Assembly: GCA_944388995.1 (NCBI GenBank)
Contig: CALXKN010000008.1
Coordinates: forward strand, 17,160-81,159
Origin: an uncultured Spirochaetota bacterium
GTDB taxonomy: Bacteria > Spirochaetota > Spirochaetia > JAFGXN01
Length of the DNA: 64,000 nt
Direction: 5' to 3'
The position numbers and the translations under genes were made by a program. Positions 9,762 to 19,299 of the stretch are shown piece after piece; position 1 is the first letter of the stretch, and each line of letters starts with the position of its first letter. The notes under the pieces were generated by a model that saw only the letters and a program-made list of their open reading frames with translations, searched no databases and was not told where the DNA came from.

Positions 9762-10583
9762 TCAATTCACTTTTTCGGCTAAAACGGTTCGTTCGCGTTC
9801 ACTCAAATCGGGTTCTTCACCGGCCAGCAGCGCTTTGACCGCTTTTTTCTCTTTTTCCGACAATTTTACGCTTTTCAAAACGTGGTTACGGAACGCTTCG
9901 CATGCATATGGGCATACTTTTTCAGCAATCATCAGCAGAACTTCGGCATAACTTCGAATTTCTTTTTGCGCATGACCGTCGAGCCGCAATTTTAGAAAGT
10001 GAAACAGATTATGCAAATCGATTTGCCAATACCATTCCGTGTATAAACTGAGCGGCAGGTTGATTCGCGACAGTTCACGTGCAATGTTTTCGCCGATCAA
10101 CTTTTCGTAAGAATCGTAAGCGGCAGTTTGCTGATCAATTAAATTTTGCAGAACCGCTTCCCGAAGCACGGCAGGAACTTCTTCCTCCGAACGCCCTTGT
10201 TTATTATTCTGACTTTGAAACGCAATATCTTCGGCGGCCGGAACGTAAAACTCATTACGCATAACAGAATAACGGCCGGAAATTTCGTTCAGCCGCGCTG
10301 TTCGGTGACGAATCCATTGACGAGCAACAAAAATCGGCAGTTTGACGTGAAATGTGAAAACCACCTGTTCGAACGGAGAAGTGTGTTCGTTTCGCAGTAA
10401 ATAATTGATAAGCCCCTGATCTTCCCGAACTGTTTTCGTTCCGTCGCCGTAGGAAACGCGTGCCGACTGCACAATCCGCGAATCGCTTCCCATATAATCG
10501 ACCAAGCGAACAAATCCTTTATCCAAAACGGGAAACGCTTTGTCCAATACGGCTTCCGCTTCCGGAACGACACAATGCGCCAT
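9762..10583 (-). CDS. thyX: FAD-dependent thymidylate synthase
   Basis: ThyX motif RHRTARLNEISGRYS (RHRx7S). Length 273 aa. Confidence 0.85.
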   Translation of the reverse strand: MAHCVVPEAEAVLDKAFPVLDKGFVRLVDYMGSDSRIVQSARVSYGDGTKTVREDQGLINYLLRNEHTSPFEQVVFTFHVKLPIFVARQWIRHRTARLNEISGRYSVMRNEFYVPAAEDIAFQSQNNKQGRSEEEVPAVLREAVLQNLIDQQTAAYDSYEKLIGENIARELSRINLPLSLYTEWYWQIDLHNLFHFLKLRLDGHAQKEIRSYAEVLLMIAEKVCPYACEAFRNHVLKSVKLSEKEKKAVKALLAGEEPDLSERERTVLAEKVN

Positions 10584-10636
10584 AATCTTACCTCAATTTC
10601 GATTATAATATATTGAACGAAATTTGTCACGTCTTT

Positions 10637-11974
10637 TTAAAAAACAACCGAAACCGCCGGCGCTTCCGGCAAAGGCAGAGCGGCGGCTGGGTTTTCCGCC
10701 GCGCCGTTTTTTTGGACAATGACAACGGAACCGTCGGGCGCGTTTCCGTTGTCCGTATCGTAAGTCGAAAAATTGTACCGGTACAGATAATCCTGCATGG
10801 TGCGGCCGTCGGCGTAAGTATAAACGGCCTTTTCAGGATTTTTCAGTTCGCCGTCATAATAGGAAACGTCGTAGGCGTAGACAAATGTGCCGTCCGCACT
10901 GTAATACTCGCCGCGGACAATGGCAGATCCGTTGACGGCAAAAGTGTAGTAAAAAGTGATTTCTCCGGAGGAAGAGTAGTGGTTTTCCTTAATGGACCGC
11001 GGTGAGCCGCCGCTGTAATTGTAAATCCGTTCCTTTGAAAGAACAAAATACTGCGTCAGAAACTCATTGTCGGACAAACCGGCGCCGGTTTCGTTTTCCG
11101 TTCCCGGACGGCGGGTAAAGTATTCGATCCGTTCGATTTTACCGCTGCGGATGACGCGCCGCTCCGTTCCCTCCCACCGCGTGCGGTCGGGTTCGGTTTG
11201 GTTAAAATCTTTCGAATAATACTGATTGATGTTCAGATAGCGAACCTCCGAATCGGCATTCGCTGTTTCTTCTGTTACTGAGTAATAAAAATGGGCGCGG
11301 TAATGCGACGGCTGTGCTTTCGGATCGGTGTAAATTCCTTCATATCTCAAAAGTCCGTCGCTGTCGTAACCGTAAACGATTGTTTCGATATGCCGCTCTT
11401 CGGAGACGCCCGAAACGGAGGTGTAAAGATAATACGTATCTTCTTTTTTGTACAATCCGTCGTTGGTGTAACTGTAAACCGAATAATTTGAATCATCCGC
11501 CCAGCCTGCTTTGATTTGCTTCAGTTTTTGTGTGAACGTTGTCGGCCGCGACCATGTGACGAAGCGATTGCCGGTCGATTCATTGGAGACGGAAGCGCGC
11601 ACAAAATACGTTCCGGCACCTAAGCGATCCAAATACTGTGAATTGTAGGCAATAAACCAGCCGCCGTTTTGCGTAAAGGTTTCTGTCGTAATCAATCGAG
11701 AGGCGGAAAAAACGCCTTGATAGTTGTCGATATGATATGAAAAATCTTCGTTTTTAGAGAATTCCAGATAATAAACTGAATCGGAAATTGAAGTCCAAAC
11801 GAGGGCAGGATAGTAACACTCCCCGTAATCGGTTTTCGAAAAGACAACCGCATTGGTTCCGATCTCAACAGGAAAACCGACGTAATTTCCGCTTTTCGGA
11901 TCAACGGGATTTTCGAATGCAAAACAGGAAAAAAGAAAAAAAACCGACAATAAGACTAAAATTTTCTTTTTCAC
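10637..11974 (-). CDS. Tyr-rich lipoprotein, function unknown
   Basis: Signal peptide plus lipobox (LFSC). 445 aa. Overlaps the next gene by 4 nt. Confidence 0.5.
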   Translation of the reverse strand: MKKKILVLLSVFFLFSCFAFENPVDPKSGNYVGFPVEIGTNAVVFSKTDYGECYYPALVWTSISDSVYYLEFSKNEDFSYHIDNYQGVFSASRLITTETFTQNGGWFIAYNSQYLDRLGAGTYFVRASVSNESTGNRFVTWSRPTTFTQKLKQIKAGWADDSNYSVYSYTNDGLYKKEDTYYLYTSVSGVSEERHIETIVYGYDSDGLLRYEGIYTDPKAQPSHYRAHFYYSVTEETANADSEVRYLNINQYYSKDFNQTEPDRTRWEGTERRVIRSGKIERIEYFTRRPGTENETGAGLSDNEFLTQYFVLSKERIYNYSGGSPRSIKENHYSSSGEITFYYTFAVNGSAIVRGEYYSADGTFVYAYDVSYYDGELKNPEKAVYTYADGRTMQDYLYRYNFSTYDTDNGNAPDGSVVIVQKNGAAENPAAALPLPEAPAVSVVF

Positions 11975-12579
11975 AGACTGTTCCTGTTTAAATAAGTCTG
12001 GCGATATTTTTCTTCAGCTGCATTGATAAATGCCGTCTTTTGAGGTCGGTCTCCGGAAAACAGAACCGCCGCCGCAATCAAAAAACCGCCGGCCGCTGCA
12101 GTGCAAACTCCGGCAGGAACCAGACAAGCAACCGTTTCTTTGCGTGCCTGAACGGCAATCGATGTTTCGACAGCGGCTGTGTAGCGGCTGTACGGAACGA
12201 GCGCACCGCCGAACAAGGCGGCGCCCGCAGCCGCCAGCCCGGCGCCGCTGCCGAGAAACTGAAACGCCAACCGATCACGTTTGCGTCTTGTTTCCAGACG
12301 ACCGATTTTTCCATCGGTTTTTTCGCTCTCTTTTGAAACAATCCGCCTCGATACGTCGAAAAATCGGGCAACAGTCGCCGGTGATTCTTCGGCGATCATC
12401 CGGTCAAAGGCGGCCGTCAGCGTTTGAAATTCATGCAGCAGATCTTCGTCTAAAGGCAGCGGATTCGCCAAAGAGGCTTCGGCTTTTATCAAAAAAAGTT
12501 CCGTCCGGCTGCCGTCAATTCTCTGAGCCGCCGCCGAAAGAGCCGTAAAAAGAAAAACCGTTACAATAAAATTTTTCAT
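11971..12579 (-). CDS. Hypothetical secreted/membrane protein
   Basis: The likely start is the internal Met (MKNFIVTVFLFTALSAAAQ signal peptide). The longer ORF-track start at 12693 overlaps the upstream gene. Confidence 0.4.
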   Translation of the reverse strand: MKNFIVTVFLFTALSAAAQRIDGSRTELFLIKAEASLANPLPLDEDLLHEFQTLTAAFDRMIAEESPATVARFFDVSRRIVSKESEKTDGKIGRLETRRKRDRLAFQFLGSGAGLAAAGAALFGGALVPYSRYTAAVETSIAVQARKETVACLVPAGVCTAAAGGFLIAAAVLFSGDRPQKTAFINAAEEKYRQTYLNRNSL

Positions 12580-12643
12580 GCCGCAAAAAAAAGCATCAAC
12601 CGTTATTTTAAACCGATTGATGCTTTTGTCACTGATTTTTATC

Positions 12644-13891
12644 TTATTCGGCAACCGTTTCCGCAGCTGTCTCTTCTCCCGTTCCGGCATCATCGGTTTC
12701 GGTTTCCATCACCGAATCGTCGATTCCGTCATCAACAACGGGGGAATCTTCCGGAGGCAGAACAATCTCTTCCTCTTCCAAAATGATTTCTTCTTCGGCC
12801 GCAAGACGGTCGGCTTCATTGTAAACCACGTCGGCCGCGGCAATTTTCTCGTTGAACTGACGGACAGCTTCCTGATTCAGCTGAAAGCCGGTTTCGATTT
12901 CGGCAAACGCCCGGATTTGATCCAACTCAATCGTGTGTTCGGGAATCATCGAATAAACGTAAAAAACAATATAAGCGTTATAATCACTGTAATCGTACAC
13001 AGCGCTGACGCCGCCGTTCGGAACATCTTTCAATAAATCATCCACGTCTTTTGTGTTCTCGGTGATATAAACAAATCCACGGTTGGCTTTGTAGTCTTTT
13101 CTATCAAAATACGGATTGTCTTTCATGTATTTGGCTGCGGTCTTCATAAAGGCTTTTTCGGAATCGATTTTTGCAATATCCGCTTCCAGTTCTTTGAGAA
13201 GTTTTTCCGCAGCCGTCTCTTCGACAACCTCTTCGACGGTTTCCTCAACGCCTTCCACAATTCCGACCGTTTCTTCCGTTCCGTCGGCATTTTCTTCCGT
13301 AATTTCGCCTTCAATGACCTCTTCCGTTACTTCTTCCTCAACCGGTTTTGTAACAAACAGCTGACTGACATAATAACATTTCGGAACTGTGAAAAAATCT
13401 TCTTTTCTTTCGTCGTACCAACTCCGAACCTGATCTTCCGTCGGTTTTTGGTAAGTGTCGGCATAAATGGTTTCAATCAGTTTGTTCTGTAAAAGCGCAT
13501 CGGCCGTCATCTGACGGACTTCTTCCTTTGTTTTTCTTTCATAATAAGGAAACAACTCTTCGGCAATTTCCAGCGTCGGATAACGGCGGGCGCTTAAAAC
13601 AAAGTAATTGTAAATTTGATCGATTTCTTCATCTTCCAACTGAATCTGATACTCTTGCTGTAATTGCTCTACAACTGTTTCCCGAATAAACTGAGATTCA
13701 ACCATGCTTTTGGCCTGTTCTTCAATTCCCGGAAACCTCTCTTCTTCAGGCGGCAGAATATCTTCTACGGCTTTATTGAATTCGCTGACCGTAATGACTT
13801 TTCCGTTAACGGTCATATACGGACGGTTTCCGCAAGCGGCAACAGTCAAAATAAAAATTACGGACAAAGCCGCAAATAAAGATCTTTTCAT
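12644..13891 (-). CDS. Lipoprotein with SurA/PrsA-like N-terminal chaperone region and long acidic low-complexity linker
   Basis: Lipobox (LTVAAC), a 'TVNGKVITVSEF' SurA-N-like segment, and an E/T/V-rich acidic tract. Confidence 0.45.
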   Translation of the reverse strand: MKRSLFAALSVIFILTVAACGNRPYMTVNGKVITVSEFNKAVEDILPPEEERFPGIEEQAKSMVESQFIRETVVEQLQQEYQIQLEDEEIDQIYNYFVLSARRYPTLEIAEELFPYYERKTKEEVRQMTADALLQNKLIETIYADTYQKPTEDQVRSWYDERKEDFFTVPKCYYVSQLFVTKPVEEEVTEEVIEGEITEENADGTEETVGIVEGVEETVEEVVEETAAEKLLKELEADIAKIDSEKAFMKTAAKYMKDNPYFDRKDYKANRGFVYITENTKDVDDLLKDVPNGGVSAVYDYSDYNAYIVFYVYSMIPEHTIELDQIRAFAEIETGFQLNQEAVRQFNEKIAAADVVYNEADRLAAEEEIILEEEEIVLPPEDSPVVDDGIDDSVMETETDDAGTGEETAAETVAE

Positions 13892-13982
13892 GCGTTTTGC
13901 TCCTTGATATCATTTATTAAATTATAAACCGATTTTCCGCCGCCGTCAAGTCATTTTTACGCCGCGCGGAGATTACGGACCA

Positions 13983-14696
13983 CTACCAACAACCGCCGCG
14001 CTCCAAAATCAATGCCGCGGCGGCGGCCGCTGCCGTTTCGGTCCGCAAAATCCGCTCACCGAGAGCGTAAACGGAAAAACCGTAATCCGCAAACAGCCGC
14101 CGTTCATTGTCGGTCCAGCCGCGTTCACTGCCGACTGCCGCCGTTGCCGGAAGTAAAAACGCACTCTGATGCCGAAACGAAACGGCATTAGGCCGATTAT
14201 CGAAAACAAACCGCGGCTCTTCCGGCGGAAGTTTTTCCAAGGCGGCTTTCAGCGAATAAGGAACGGCAATTTCCGGAAGACGGGTTTCTCCTGCCTGAAC
14301 CGCGCCTTCAATCAGAAATTTTCGATAATTTTCCTCCTTCCACAAAGATCCGGCGCGGTAACTTTTATCGGTCAGTTCGGTCTGTGCAAACCAAATCCGG
14401 CCGACGCCCATGGCGGTTAAATCCTTTAAAAGCCGCCGCGCGGTAATCGGTCTTACCATGCCGACAATCAGGGTCAGTGCAAACAGCGGCGGCGATTCCG
14501 ACTGCGGCTCAAACCGGCAAACGCACTCTTTTCCGTCCATCGCCTCGATGTAAGCCGTTCCTTTCATGCCGTTGACAATACCGGCGGAAAAAGTGTCGCC
14601 TTTGCCTTTTTTCAGGATTTCTTTTAAATGACGGTAGCGTCCGTCATCCGAGGGCAGCACAAATGCCCCCGGTTCGAACAAAATCAGGTTCATCAA
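13983..14696 (-). CDS. rsmE: 16S rRNA (uracil1498-N3)-methyltransferase
   Basis: C-terminal SPOUT motifs (…YALGERILRTETAA…). Confidence 0.8.
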   Translation of the reverse strand: MMNLILFEPGAFVLPSDDGRYRHLKEILKKGKGDTFSAGIVNGMKGTAYIEAMDGKECVCRFEPQSESPPLFALTLIVGMVRPITARRLLKDLTAMGVGRIWFAQTELTDKSYRAGSLWKEENYRKFLIEGAVQAGETRLPEIAVPYSLKAALEKLPPEEPRFVFDNRPNAVSFRHQSAFLLPATAAVGSERGWTDNERRLFADYGFSVYALGERILRTETAAAAAAALILERGGCW

Positions 14697-15718
14697 GCCT
14701 CCGGAACCGCATCGTATTCCAAAGAGAAAACGATTTCGGCATCCTCAAAAAGCAAATCGGTGAGCCGGTAATAAAGATTTTCATTTTTTTGAAGCGTGAG
14801 CAGCAACGCCGCCCAATCCCTCCACTGCGCTTCGGGAAGCGTTTCCGCCGGCAAAATTTCCCCGACATAAAAAACGGAAAAGGAGAGCGGTTCGCCCTCA
14901 TACACGGCGGAACATTCTCCCGGCTCCAACGCCCAAACCGTATCAGTCACGGCCTTTCCGTAACCTCGAAACTCCGGCCAAAAAGCGCCTAAAAATGTTG
15001 CCGGATCATCGAATTCCAAATCAGAGTATTTTTTGACGGCTTTCTCGAATTCCATGCCGTTCTCGACAGCTTTTTTCGCTTTTTCAAGCGTTTTTCGCGC
15101 TTTTTGTTTCCCTTTTTCTGTTCCGTCATGACGTTTCAGAATTTGAAAAACGATTTTGCGCTGCGGTTTTTCGGCAAAAGTTTTTCGATTCTCTTCGACA
15201 AATTGATCGATTTCGGCATTCGTCGGCTTTTCAGCTTCGGGCAAACCGGCTAAAAATTTCATCTTTTTATATTCAATTAAATTATCTCGCAGCATTTCCG
15301 AAACGGGAATATTTTTGTATGCGGCGGCTTTTTCAATCCGGCTTCTGTCTTTGTAAACGAACTCCATAAGAATTTCGGTTTGAGCATCTTCTTCGGCCGT
15401 TGTCATCGTTCCGTTTTCAGCCGCTTTTTGATCAAGCAGCAGCGCTTCGGCTATAGACAGTGCAACGGTTTTTCGAGCGCCGCGAATGTCGTCTTCGCCC
15501 GCAAACGGGTTGTAAATAAGGTAGGCGCCGAGTTTGGCGTCCGTCATGTCTTCCGTGATTTCGGTTCCGTTGACGGTTAAAACGACCTGTTCCGGACTGC
15601 CTTCCGGTACTTCCGGAATATTGTCTGAATTTTCTTTTTTGCAGCCGCTCATCAAAAAGAGGGCGCACAAAACAAACACAATTCTGTTCTTAACAAATAA
15701 ATCCTGCAAAACCGACAT
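14693..15718 (-). CDS. Peptidyl-prolyl cis-trans isomerase lipoprotein (PpiC/parvulin type, PrsA/SurA-like)
   Basis: Lipobox (LMSGC), a SurA-N-like segment (LTVNGTEITEDM) and a C-terminal parvulin-like domain. Confidence 0.55.
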   Translation of the reverse strand: MSVLQDLFVKNRIVFVLCALFLMSGCKKENSDNIPEVPEGSPEQVVLTVNGTEITEDMTDAKLGAYLIYNPFAGEDDIRGARKTVALSIAEALLLDQKAAENGTMTTAEEDAQTEILMEFVYKDRSRIEKAAAYKNIPVSEMLRDNLIEYKKMKFLAGLPEAEKPTNAEIDQFVEENRKTFAEKPQRKIVFQILKRHDGTEKGKQKARKTLEKAKKAVENGMEFEKAVKKYSDLEFDDPATFLGAFWPEFRGYGKAVTDTVWALEPGECSAVYEGEPLSFSVFYVGEILPAETLPEAQWRDWAALLLTLQKNENLYYRLTDLLFEDAEIVFSLEYDAVPEA

Positions 15719-16703
15719 AATCTCCTTTATAAAATACGCAAAGTTGTCCCGGCGTCACGGCGCGAACCGACGTTTCCCATTCGATAACAATACGACCGTC
15801 GGCTTTCACCTCTTTTACGCGGCCGGGGCGGCCTTCGTCGCGGTAACGGATTTTAACGGTTCCTTCCGTTCCGACGGAACACTCTGTCAGAGCCGAAAAA
15901 TTGACATCACGAATAGTGACTGTTTTGCTAAGAAGCATCTCTTCTTTACCGACGTAAACGGTATCCGATTCGGCGTCAATTTTCAATACAAACAGCGGAT
16001 AGCCGATTCCGATATTTAATCCGCGCCGCTGTCCGACTGTGTAACGGTGAATTCCGCGATGGCGGCCGACTTCTTTTCCGTTCGGCAGCTCTATAAACGG
16101 ACCGTCGGTTTCATCGGAAAAAAACCGTTTGTAATCACCGACGCACAAATCCTGACTCTCTTTTTTTTCGGCTGTCGGAAGACCGGCTGCCGCCGCTATT
16201 TTGCGTACTTCCGCTTTTGTCATTTCTCCCAGAGGAAAAATCGTTTTCGCTAACTGCCGCTGTGAAAGCATCGCTAAAAAATACACCTGATCTTTTTCGG
16301 CATGAGCACCCTTTTTTAAGCGATAGCGCCTCATTTTTTCGTCGTAATCAATGACGGCATAGTGTCCGGTTGCAAAACGGTCGAATTCGATTCCAAGTTC
16401 TTCCGCTTTCTCCCAAAAAATTCCGAATTTAACTTCTCGATTGCAGCGGACGCACGGATTGGGCGTTCTCCCGTTTTCATAATCTTCTTTGACATAAGCG
16501 ATAATTTTTTCGCGATACTCTTTTGTCAAATCAATTTCATAAAACGGGATCTTTAAAAATTCCGCCGTTTTCTTGGCGTCACTGTGGTCATCTTCGGAGG
16601 TCAGTTTCATGGTAATTGCCGTCACATCATGTCCCTGTTGTTGCAGCAAATAAGCACAGACGGAAGAATCGACTCCGCCGCTGAGTCCGATAGCAATTTT
16701 CAT
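15690..16703 (-). CDS. mnmA: tRNA-specific 2-thiouridylase
   Basis: PP-loop SGGVDSS at the N-terminus and a conserved Cys motif (PCVRCN). Confidence 0.9.
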   Translation of the reverse strand: MKIAIGLSGGVDSSVCAYLLQQQGHDVTAITMKLTSEDDHSDAKKTAEFLKIPFYEIDLTKEYREKIIAYVKEDYENGRTPNPCVRCNREVKFGIFWEKAEELGIEFDRFATGHYAVIDYDEKMRRYRLKKGAHAEKDQVYFLAMLSQRQLAKTIFPLGEMTKAEVRKIAAAAGLPTAEKKESQDLCVGDYKRFFSDETDGPFIELPNGKEVGRHRGIHRYTVGQRRGLNIGIGYPLFVLKIDAESDTVYVGKEEMLLSKTVTIRDVNFSALTECSVGTEGTVKIRYRDEGRPGRVKEVKADGRIVIEWETSVRAVTPGQLCVFYKGDYVGFAGFIC

Positions 16704-16792
16704 GTTGTTATTATAACAGAATTCGTGTAAATTTTAAATATTTTTATTGAAAATTCGCCCGTCATCCTCCATAATAAAAATAGGAGTTTTTT

Positions 16793-17659
16793 ATGAAAGA
16801 GATTAAAGGTATTATTCCGGCAATGGTGACTCCGTTTGACCAAAACGGCGAAGTCAATACCGATTCCGTAAAAAAATTGGTCAACGTTTTGATTGATGAA
16901 AACGCTGACGGGTTTTATGTCTGCGGCAGCACGGGTGAATCGCTTTTGCTTTCCTTAAACGAACGGAAACTGATCCTGGATACGGTTTTGGAAGCCGTCA
17001 ATGGCCGCGTACCGGTTATTACGCAGGTTGGCTGTATTGCTACCCGCGAAGCGGTTGAATTGGCGGCGCACGCAAAAAAAGCCGGCGCCGATGCGGTCTC
17101 TTCTCTTCCCCCGTTTTATTACAAATTCTCCGGAAAAGAGTTGGAGACCTACTACAAAACCGTTATGGATGCTGCCGAACTGCCTATGATTGTTTATAAC
17201 ATTCCGGCTCTGACAGGCGTCAATATGTTTTCCCAGTGTCCGAATTTATTTAAAGATGAGCGCGTTTACGGCGTAAAACACACCACAACAGACTTATACC
17301 AAATGTCGATGTTCAGGGAATTAAACCCGAAACTGAAACTTTATTTCGGAAGTGACGAGCAAATGATTGCCGGACTTTCCATGGGAGCCGACGGCGCCAT
17401 CGGTTCAACATTTAACTTTCAGTGCAAAGAAACCGTCGCTTTATACCGAACGCTGCAGAACAATGATTTCATCGGAGGGCTGCCGCTTCAAAAGAAACTG
17501 AACGAAGCGATTACACTGATTTTGGAAACCGGTTTATATAACTCGATTAAATATATTATCGAGAAAAAATACGGCTTCCCGATGGGAGAATGCCGCAAAC
17601 CGTTCGCTTCTTTGCCCGATGCGGAAAAGACCAAACTGAACCGGTTTTTCGGATTTTAA
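16793..17659 (+). CDS. DapA/NanA-family class I aldolase; best guess N-acetylneuraminate lyase
   Basis: GSTGE motif, YNIPALTG, and Schiff-base Lys in a GVKHTTTDLYQM context (NanA-like TSGDLYQM). AGGAG RBS. Confidence 0.6.
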   Translation: MKEIKGIIPAMVTPFDQNGEVNTDSVKKLVNVLIDENADGFYVCGSTGESLLLSLNERKLILDTVLEAVNGRVPVITQVGCIATREAVELAAHAKKAGADAVSSLPPFYYKFSGKELETYYKTVMDAAELPMIVYNIPALTGVNMFSQCPNLFKDERVYGVKHTTTDLYQMSMFRELNPKLKLYFGSDEQMIAGLSMGADGAIGSTFNFQCKETVALYRTLQNNDFIGGLPLQKKLNEAITLILETGLYNSIKYIIEKKYGFPMGECRKPFASLPDAEKTKLNRFFGF

Positions 17660-18252
17660 TTGTTTTCGAGAAAGCGGACGCGGGCGGCTGTCAGTTCCGA
17701 AATTCCGCTTCGAAATTCGCCGGCTTTCGACAGCGGAACAACAACGGAACAGCCGACCGTTTCTCCGAAATTTTCTTTTTGCCATTCGCCGCCGTTTTTC
17801 TCTGCAAAACGGCGGATTTTTTCGTAATCGGCGTAAGAAACTTCAAACGTCACAGCCGCTTTTTCCGTCAATTCTTCGGTTTCCAAATGCGTCAGCAGCT
17901 CTTTGACCGCATCGGAGTATGCACGCACCAATCCGCCGGTTCCCAGCTTGGTTCCGCCAAACCATCGGACGACAGTCACCAAAATGTCGGTCAGTCCGCT
18001 GCCTTTCAAAACTTCCAGCATCGGCCGCCCAGCCGTTCCGGAAGGTTCATGATCATCGGAACAGCCGGCAAACTCTCTTCTTGGGCCGCAAAGGAATGCA
18101 TGACAGACGTGCGTCGCGTCGGGATAACGTTCTTTTTGCCGCCTGATAATTTCTTTGACTTGAGCCGGATTATCAATAAGAAAGTTTTCAGCAAGAAATT
18201 TCGATTTGCAGACAACTGTTTCGCTTTGTCCGCTGCCGACAGCTCTTTTCAT
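17656..18252 (-). CDS. yigZ: IMPACT/YigZ-family protein (UPF0029)
   Basis: HEPSGTAGRPML and RWFGGTKLGTGGLVRAY motifs. Confidence 0.8.
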   Translation of the reverse strand: MKRAVGSGQSETVVCKSKFLAENFLIDNPAQVKEIIRRQKERYPDATHVCHAFLCGPRREFAGCSDDHEPSGTAGRPMLEVLKGSGLTDILVTVVRWFGGTKLGTGGLVRAYSDAVKELLTHLETEELTEKAAVTFEVSYADYEKIRRFAEKNGGEWQKENFGETVGCSVVVPLSKAGEFRSGISELTAARVRFLENN

Positions 18253-19289
18253 ACGATCAGCTTTTCAAATAAACTGCCGATTTTGTTCTTCAATGATGGA
18301 TTTTCATTGAATTTTGAACGAATCAGGCGGGAAATCTCTTCGAAACGATATAAAACAATGCGCTCAAAGTTGAAATGTTTTGCCAACACATCGGCAACGG
18401 CAATTTCCGGTTTGATATAATAACGCAGATTTTTCGGCATAAGACGGCGGTATTCTTCCGATAATCCGGGATTCAGCAGTTTTCCGCGGGCTTTCAGGGC
18501 GCATTCGTCCTCTTCTATAAAATAATCGGTTCCGAAACAGCGGCCGAAAATTTTCAGCGTATCCAAATATCCCAAACGGCAGAAACGATCCAGAAATTCG
18601 CTTTCAAAATCAAAAACGCCGAAAAGCGTCGAAATTTTTCCGAAATCAATCGAATTTTTGATGTAAATCAGATTGACGCCTTCGTAATCGGGCGCTTTAT
18701 TCCGTCCCAATCCGGAAATATCGACGGTAATGATGTTTTTGTATCCGCTGTCGCGGACAATCCGGAAAGGGATATTGTCGGCAATACCGCCGTCCATGCA
18801 CCGTTTTCCGTGAAGCGGCTGCGTTTTGATGCCGGGAAAGGCTGTGGCCGCCAGAAGATACGGAATCAGTTCTCCTTCGGGAATCTCTTCGATAAACAGC
18901 TCTTCCTGCCGAAGCCGGGAGAGGTTAAACGTTGTCAGACCGTAACGGATTCCGCTTGTTCTGATTTTTTTCTCGTCAATATGCCGTTCAAGCAGCCGTT
19001 TCAGAGGCGCGGCGCTGACGCCGAAATTTTTAACAACTCCGATAAGGAAATCTTTTACTCCGGCGTCCGGCGGCAGTCCGAGAATTTTTTCGAGGGTAAC
19101 GGCGCGCCACAACTCAAAGGCCGAATCCCAATCGTTTTGCGCCATCAGAGCGCCGTTTACGGCGCCGATACTGGAACCGATAACAACGTCGTAACAAATG
19201 CCAAGCTCCCGCAACGCTTTCCATACGCCGATTTGGTAAATGCCTTTGGCGCCTCCGCCGGCCAAAACCAGCGCATACCGGTTTTCCAT
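18249..19289 (-). CDS. Patatin-like phospholipase
   Basis: Oxyanion-hole motif GGGAKG, nucleophile elbow GSSIG, and DGG. Confidence 0.85.
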   Translation of the reverse strand: MENRYALVLAGGGAKGIYQIGVWKALRELGICYDVVIGSSIGAVNGALMAQNDWDSAFELWRAVTLEKILGLPPDAGVKDFLIGVVKNFGVSAAPLKRLLERHIDEKKIRTSGIRYGLTTFNLSRLRQEELFIEEIPEGELIPYLLAATAFPGIKTQPLHGKRCMDGGIADNIPFRIVRDSGYKNIITVDISGLGRNKAPDYEGVNLIYIKNSIDFGKISTLFGVFDFESEFLDRFCRLGYLDTLKIFGRCFGTDYFIEEDECALKARGKLLNPGLSEEYRRLMPKNLRYYIKPEIAVADVLAKHFNFERIVLYRFEEISRLIRSKFNENPSLKNKIGSLFEKLIV

Positions 19290-19299
19290 ATACGCCTCC

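Noticed and set aside
17590-18420. 276-aa plus-strand ORF (and 18810-19529, 5534-6226, 28193-28996, 10613-11005, 334-792)
   Set aside because: All are antisense or alternative-frame ORFs inside well-supported genes (yigZ/patatin, rsmI, GH13, lipoprotein, pheA). Composition is typical of GC-rich off-frame translation.
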